Positions 61,534 through 64,000 of a DNA stretch of 64,000 nt are shown piece after piece. Positions within the stretch are counted from its first letter, which is position 1; each line of letters begins with the position of its first letter. A model generated the notes under the pieces. That model was not told the DNA's origin. It was given only the letters and a program-made list of their open reading frames with translations, and did no database searches. Source of the DNA: an uncultured delta proteobacterium (GTDB lineage: Bacteria; Myxococcota_A; Polyangia; Polyangiales; Polyangiaceae). Both the position numbers and the translations under genes were made by a program. The stretch covers positions 4,480,001 through 4,544,000 of the forward strand of contig CAWDXG010000004.1 in the NCBI GenBank assembly GCA_963806225.1. Direction: 5' to 3'.

Positions 61534-62505
61534 TCAGTCCGCCGGCGGGAACAAGCCGGGCAGCGTGTCGAAATCGACGTTGCCGCCCGACAGCACCACG
61601 CCCACGCGCATAGCGTCGGGCAGGGCGCGGAACGCCTCGCCGAGCACGACGGCGACTCCTACCGCAGCGCTCGGCTCGACGACGAGCTTCATGCGTTCCC
61701 ACAAGAAGCGCATTGCCGCCAGGATCTGCTCGTCATCGACCGTCAGGATCTGTTCCACATGGTCGCGGACAACGGGCCAGGTCAGCTCGCCGAGGCTGGT
61801 CCGGAGACCGTCGGCGACCGTGCGCGGATCGTCCTGGGGCAGGCGCCGTCCCGCACGCTTCGAGCGTGCCGCGTCGTCGGCGCCGCTCGGCTCCGCGCCG
61901 ATGACGCGGAGCTCGGGCCTCACGCCATGCGCGGCCAGGGCGATGCCCGAGATCATGCCGCCGCCGCCGACCGGGGCCACGATCACGTCGAGGTCCGGCG
62001 CCTGCTGCATGAGCTCCAGAGCCAGGGTGCCCTGCCCGGCGATCACATCCGGATGATCGTAGGGCGGGATCAGGGTGCCGCCGGTCTCGGCGACGACGCG
62101 GGCGGCGCCCTCTTCCCGGGCAGCCTGGTTCGGCTCGCACGGATGGACGTGGGCGCCGTAGCCCTCGACCGCGCGGCGCTTCACTGCCGGCGCGTTGGTC
62201 GGCATCACGATGTGCGCCGGTATCCCCCGCAGTCTGGCTGCGAGCGCCAGCGCCTGGGCGTGGTTGCCCGAGCTGTGCGTGACGACGCCATGCTTGGCTA
62301 CCGCCGGCGGTAGCTTCATCACGGCGTTGCAGGCACCCCTGAACTTGAACGCACCGACCTTCTGGAACTGCTCGCACTTCACGAACAGCCGCCGGCCGGA
62401 CAGCGCGTCGAGCGTCAGGCTCGTCATCACCGGAGTTCGGTGGGCGTACGGCGCGATGCGTTCCGCCGCCTCGCGGATATCCTCGAGCGCCACGGGCTCG
62501 TCCAT
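61534..62505 (-). CDS. PLP-dependent serine racemase/threonine dehydratase family
   Basis: KCEQFQKVGAFKFRGA; SSGNHAQ; PVGGGG; LSGGN. Confidence 0.93.
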   Translation of the reverse strand: MDEPVALEDIREAAERIAPYAHRTPVMTSLTLDALSGRRLFVKCEQFQKVGAFKFRGACNAVMKLPPAVAKHGVVTHSSGNHAQALALAARLRGIPAHIVMPTNAPAVKRRAVEGYGAHVHPCEPNQAAREEGAARVVAETGGTLIPPYDHPDVIAGQGTLALELMQQAPDLDVIVAPVGGGGMISGIALAAHGVRPELRVIGAEPSGADDAARSKRAGRRLPQDDPRTVADGLRTSLGELTWPVVRDHVEQILTVDDEQILAAMRFLWERMKLVVEPSAAVGVAVVLGEAFRALPDAMRVGVVLSGGNVDFDTLPGLFPPAD

Positions 62506-62565
62506 TTGCGGCGAGCATGCCGGCGTGGAGCGCGCGGCGTCAACGCGGCGCCGGCCGGGAGCCGA

Positions 62566-62607
62566 CAAAGAAATGCGCCCGGCTGTCGGGTGCTGACAGC
62601 CGGGCGC
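62566..62607 (-). terminator. Rho-independent terminator
   Basis: 13-bp stem GCGCCCGGCTGTC/GACAGCCGGGCGC followed on the minus strand by AUUUCUUUG. Confidence 0.7.
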
Positions 62608-62681
62608 GCGGGGTGGGGGAGGAGGATCCCGGATGATCGCTAGCGTCTATTTCTGCATACGGGGCAGGGGGAGGAACGGTT

Positions 62682-63188
62682 TCACTTGCGCTGGCCGTGG
62701 TGGCGGCGTCCGTGGTGCCCGTGACGGCCCTTGCGCTCGTTGCGCATCGCCTTGAGCTTCGCCTGTTCGGCCTTGGTCAGGATCTTGTCGAGGGCGGAGC
62801 GCTCCTGCGCGCGGATGGCCTTCAGCCTGGCCCTCGAGGCCTTCATCGCGTCCCGCTCCCGCTTGAACGCGGCCTTGTCCTGGCTCTTGTTCTTCCGGAG
62901 CGCGCGCAGGGCCAACATGTGCTTGCGCATCTCGGCGCGGATCGGCTTTCGCTGTGCGTCGAAGCGAGCCATCGTGGTCAGCGCCTGCTGGGACCGCTTC
63001 GCGTCGACGCCGGCCTTCTTCAGCGCTGCGGTGCGGCGCGCCTGGCGCAGCTTGGCGCGCTCCGCGGGGCTCTTCTTGGCGTGGCCGTGACCTGCTGCGG
63101 GGGTCCGGCCTGCCGGCTCTGCGAATGCGGGGATCGTGAAGAACGAAGCGGCAAGGACGGCGGCGGCAAGGGTCTTGATCGGTCGCAT
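62682..63188 (-). CDS. Basic periplasmic Spy/CpxP-like helical protein
   Basis: Signal peptide ending AFA; ILTKAEQ motif; His-rich tail; AAGGAG RBS. Confidence 0.7.
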   Translation of the reverse strand: MRPIKTLAAAVLAASFFTIPAFAEPAGRTPAAGHGHAKKSPAERAKLRQARRTAALKKAGVDAKRSQQALTTMARFDAQRKPIRAEMRKHMLALRALRKNKSQDKAAFKRERDAMKASRARLKAIRAQERSALDKILTKAEQAKLKAMRNERKGRHGHHGRRHHGQRK

Positions 63189-63326
63189 GAATGAGGCTCC
63201 TTGTGGACGGTGCCGGGGTCGCGTCGGTGCGCCGCGGCGTCTTCAACCTGCACATGCCGCTTCGCCGGTCGGCGTTAAGCCTCGGCGCTGGCCGGCCCGC
63301 CGCGTCTGGACTAGGTTACCGGCCGC

Positions 63327-63821
63327 ATGGCCGAAGAACACGACGACCCCGAGCAGCGCGCCCGGCACCTCGAGCGGCTGGATCAGGGCTTCGCCCAGGC
63401 GGTTCCGCACAACCGCGCGCTCGGCCTGAGGTTTGTCGACTACGACAAGGGCGTGGCGCGCATCCTGCTGCCGTACGCCGCTCACCTCGTCGGCAATCCG
63501 GAGAGCGGAGTGCTGCACGGCGGTGCCATTACCGCGACGATGGACGCGACTTGCGGCGCCGCGGTGTTTCTCAAGCTCGGCGTGCCAACGCCCATCGCGA
63601 CGCTGGATCTGCGCATCGACTACCTCAAACCGGCGACGCCGCCGAAGGACGTGGTGTGCCGGGCCGAGTGCTACAAGGTGACGAGCAACGTCGCGTTCGT
63701 GCGCGCGCTCGCTTTCCACGACGACGACGAGGACGATCCGATCGCCTCGGCTGCTGGCACGTTCATCATCTTCCGCAAGGGCGGCAAGTCGGCCATGCAG
63801 GGCCAGAAGACGGTGCCATGA
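63327..63821 (+). CDS. PaaI-family thioesterase
   Basis: GNPESGVLHGGAITATMD; ATLDLRIDYLKP. Confidence 0.9.
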   Translation: MAEEHDDPEQRARHLERLDQGFAQAVPHNRALGLRFVDYDKGVARILLPYAAHLVGNPESGVLHGGAITATMDATCGAAVFLKLGVPTPIATLDLRIDYLKPATPPKDVVCRAECYKVTSNVAFVRALAFHDDDEDDPIASAAGTFIIFRKGGKSAMQGQKTVP

Positions 63822-64000
63822 GCCTGATCGAACTGGTGACCCGCGCCAAGGAGACCGGCGACTACCAGCCTATGATCGAGGCGATCCCGTATGCGCGCTT
63901 CCTCGGCATCTCGCTCGACAACTCGTCGGGCGAGATGCTCGGCAAGCTGAGCTTCGCCGATCACCTGGTCGGCAATCCGGTGCTCCCCGCGCTGCACGGC
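63818..64000 (+). CDS. PaaI-family thioesterase (partial, runs off window)
   Basis: ATGA overlap; IPYARFLG...VGNPVLPALHG. Confidence 0.85.
   Translation, partial: MSLIELVTRAKETGDYQPMIEAIPYARFLGISLDNSSGEMLGKLSFADHLVGNPVLPALHG

Overview
Very GC-rich, gene-dense bacterial chromosomal window with about 57 CDS. It most likely comes from a Myxococcota (Polyangiaceae-like) genome; this is inferred from MYXO-CTERM tails, many Gly/Cys-rich lipoproteins and a Ser/Thr kinase-PEGA cassette. I saw no rRNA, tRNA, CRISPR array or transposase. The centrepiece (23.1-32.1 kb) is a putative sulfur-respiration island. It encodes a Cys-bearing sigma-54 activator and a 12-heme cytochrome c. These are followed by a clear -24/-12 promoter with paired upstream palindromes, Tat-exported PsrABC-type molybdoenzyme genes and a split YeeE/YedE transporter. 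The second transporter half is fused to a rhodanese-like domain that lacks its catalytic Cys but ends in a KKGGGC tail. Other points of note: an Xre-RES toxin-antitoxin pair with a readable double-operator promoter; a His-rich two-component module containing an unannotated 50-aa gene; a standalone CCA-enzyme-like HD protein; a 14-Cys repeat protein; and repeated signs of leaderless transcription. Six genes are broken by single-base indels, most likely long-read assembly errors. All assignments come from reading motifs by eye; no database searches were run.
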